A DNA stretch of 64,000 bases from Methanobacteriota archaeon (GTDB taxonomy: Archaea > Halobacteriota > Bog-38 > Methanoflorentales > Methanoflorentaceae): assembly GCA_963720465.1 (NCBI GenBank), contig OY970393.1, positions 1,824,001-1,888,000 of the forward strand, written 5' to 3'. Every line of letters begins with the position of its first letter. Position 1 is the stretch's first letter. Shown in pieces: positions 62,304-64,000 of the stretch. The notes below the pieces were generated by a model, which did not search any database, had not been told where the DNA came from, and was given only the letters and a program-made list of their open reading frames with translations. Both the position numbers and the translations under genes were made by a program.

Positions 62304-63152
62304 GTGCACACGCTAGAACTGCACAACATAAACTCGGGATACAGCAAGAAAACCGTCTTGCACGACGTAAGTCTCGCGATACAAGAGCCGTCGATATACG
62401 TAGTATTAGGTCCAAACGGCGCAGGGAAGACGACGCTGTTTCGGACCATCGCCGGCATTTTAGAGCTATATTCGGGCGAAGTCGTGTTTGACGGTGAAAA
62501 CGTCACCTCATCGCGTGACATCAGAAAGCGGATGAACTACCTCTCCCACTACAACGCGATCCCGGAGGAGATGACGGTGTACAACGCTCTCACGTTTTAT
62601 GCGAACACGCAGGGAGGAAGCGCTGACGAGGTTCTCGCGCTACTACACCTACAGGAACTTCGGGATAAAAAAATCTCTGATCTCTCGCAGGGACAGAAGA
62701 AAAGAGTCTCAGTTGCGAAGGTGTTCCTAAGGGAGCGAGACCTCTACTTAATGGACGAGCCCACATCAAACCTGGACCCGGGGTACTCGAAGGAGATCAG
62801 AGACATCCTCCTGAAACTGAGCAAGGACAAGATTGTACTGTACTCTACGCATAACCTCTACGAGGCGAATGACATCGGCACGAACCTCATCTTGATCAAG
62901 AATGGGACCATTGCGCTAGCTGAAAAGATCGCAAACATCAAACTGAGGGAATATAGGGTTGGGATTAGGACGTCGACTGACATTTCAAAAATTGTCGATG
63001 CGAAGAAGGGAGAGCAGGGCTACTACGTCATGAGCGTTTCGAGCCCCGAAGAGGCAGGACAAGTCCTGAAGACGCTAATCGAACACGGGGTACTGGTGAC
63101 GGAAATGCGGCAGCTCGAAAACCCGTTGCAAGAGCTGTTCGAAACGGCGTAA
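62304..63152 (+). CDS. ABC transporter ATP-binding protein
   Basis: GPNGAGKTT, LSQGQKKR, MDEPTSNLD. Confidence 0.95.
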   Translation: MHTLELHNINSGYSKKTVLHDVSLAIQEPSIYVVLGPNGAGKTTLFRTIAGILELYSGEVVFDGENVTSSRDIRKRMNYLSHYNAIPEEMTVYNALTFYANTQGGSADEVLALLHLQELRDKKISDLSQGQKKRVSVAKVFLRERDLYLMDEPTSNLDPGYSKEIRDILLKLSKDKIVLYSTHNLYEANDIGTNLILIKNGTIALAEKIANIKLREYRVGIRTSTDISKIVDAKKGEQGYYVMSVSSPEEAGQVLKTLIEHGVLVTEMRQLENPLQELFETA

Positions 63153-63163
63153 TCGGAGAACCC

Positions 63164-63895
63164 GTGAAGAACAACGTTGTGCGCCAGCTGAGGCGCAAAC
63201 CTGCAATAATCACCGTTAAGAGAGGACTCGCTCTGAGCAAATCGTACGTCGTGTTCGCGATATTCTTTACGTCGGTGGCTATCCTCACGGCAAATTTTGG
63301 CAACGCATTCCTGAGAGGCGTACCTGGGAATAGCGGCATCTACGTCGGGACGTCACTCTCGCTTCTCTCCGTCCCGCTGACCGCAATTGCCGCTGTGATG
63401 CTTACGACGTCCGTCATTTTGCTCTACGTCTACGACAAGAATAACGGCGTGCTCGAGTATTTCCTCTCGCTCGGGATGAATCAAGAAGACATCTACAAGC
63501 GCTACCTGAAAGCGGGTGTCATTCTTGTCTTACTCCTTATGGCGGGAGTGGCCGTTGCAAACGTTGCGGTAGGATTGGCTCTGAGAGGAGGAGTTACGCT
63601 CCCTCTCGTGGCTACGGGCGTTGCCACCGCATTAGCCCTCTCCATCGTCTCTTTCGATACGATGGCAATGATGACGTTCAGCTCATTGCAGAAGCAGAGG
63701 GCAGGAGCAAATCAACCATTAGGCCTCGCCTTGGGGGGGTTGCTGGTGTTGCCCGCGTACTTAACTGCGTTCATTTTGCCTGGTATTGTAGCAGTCGCCG
63801 TAGATCTTGCCGAAGCCGTCATCATTGCCGCTCTGTCGATCGCGCTGTTGCTTCTTTCAAGCAGACTCATCAGCAGGGAGAAGCTCCTTCCATAG
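63164..63895 (+). CDS. ABC transporter permease
   Basis: Six TM, YDKNNGVLEYFLSLG; directly follows the ATPase. Confidence 0.85.
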   Translation: MKNNVVRQLRRKPAIITVKRGLALSKSYVVFAIFFTSVAILTANFGNAFLRGVPGNSGIYVGTSLSLLSVPLTAIAAVMLTTSVILLYVYDKNNGVLEYFLSLGMNQEDIYKRYLKAGVILVLLLMAGVAVANVAVGLALRGGVTLPLVATGVATALALSIVSFDTMAMMTFSSLQKQRAGANQPLGLALGGLLVLPAYLTAFILPGIVAVAVDLAEAVIIAALSIALLLLSSRLISREKLLP

Positions 63896-64000
63896 CAACT
63901 CGCGCGTGCAAGACCAATTAGTACAGATTTTCAGTAAGAAAGTAAGAACTTCGGCTTGCAGTTAATCGTCGCTAGCCTCAAGGATCCGAAACGATTTCTC

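Overview
Archaeal chromosomal window, most likely a Halobacteriota/Methanomicrobia-type euryarchaeon (inferred from TATA/BRE promoters, GGAGGTGA ribosome-binding sites, PGF-CTERM surface proteins, the ahbCDAB alternative heme operon and a TrmB regulator). After uvrA-uvrC, the rest is a mosaic accessory region. It holds short standalone genes (methyltransferases, SDRs, transporters, ABC-2 exporters, lipoproteins, two Nmad3 paralogs, two PQQ-repeat surface proteins), many frameshifted or truncated pseudogenes, deletion scars, and remnants of an integrase, an excisionase and possibly HsdR. No tRNA, rRNA or CRISPR array was recognised. The best unannotated signals are: (1) a dispersed three-copy cassette of a 26-bp-period operator array, a TATA-like box and a ~52-aa Cys-rich microprotein absent from the ORF track; (2) two homologous ~68-nt hairpins with covarying stems, a conserved loop and an alternative long-range pairing; (3) a three-copy ~60-aa membrane microprotein family near the ahb operon; (4) an RHH/coiled-coil gene with a TGCAGC repeat array upstream; (5) promoter and signal-peptide modules reused on unrelated cargo domains. 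All calls were made by eye, without database searches.
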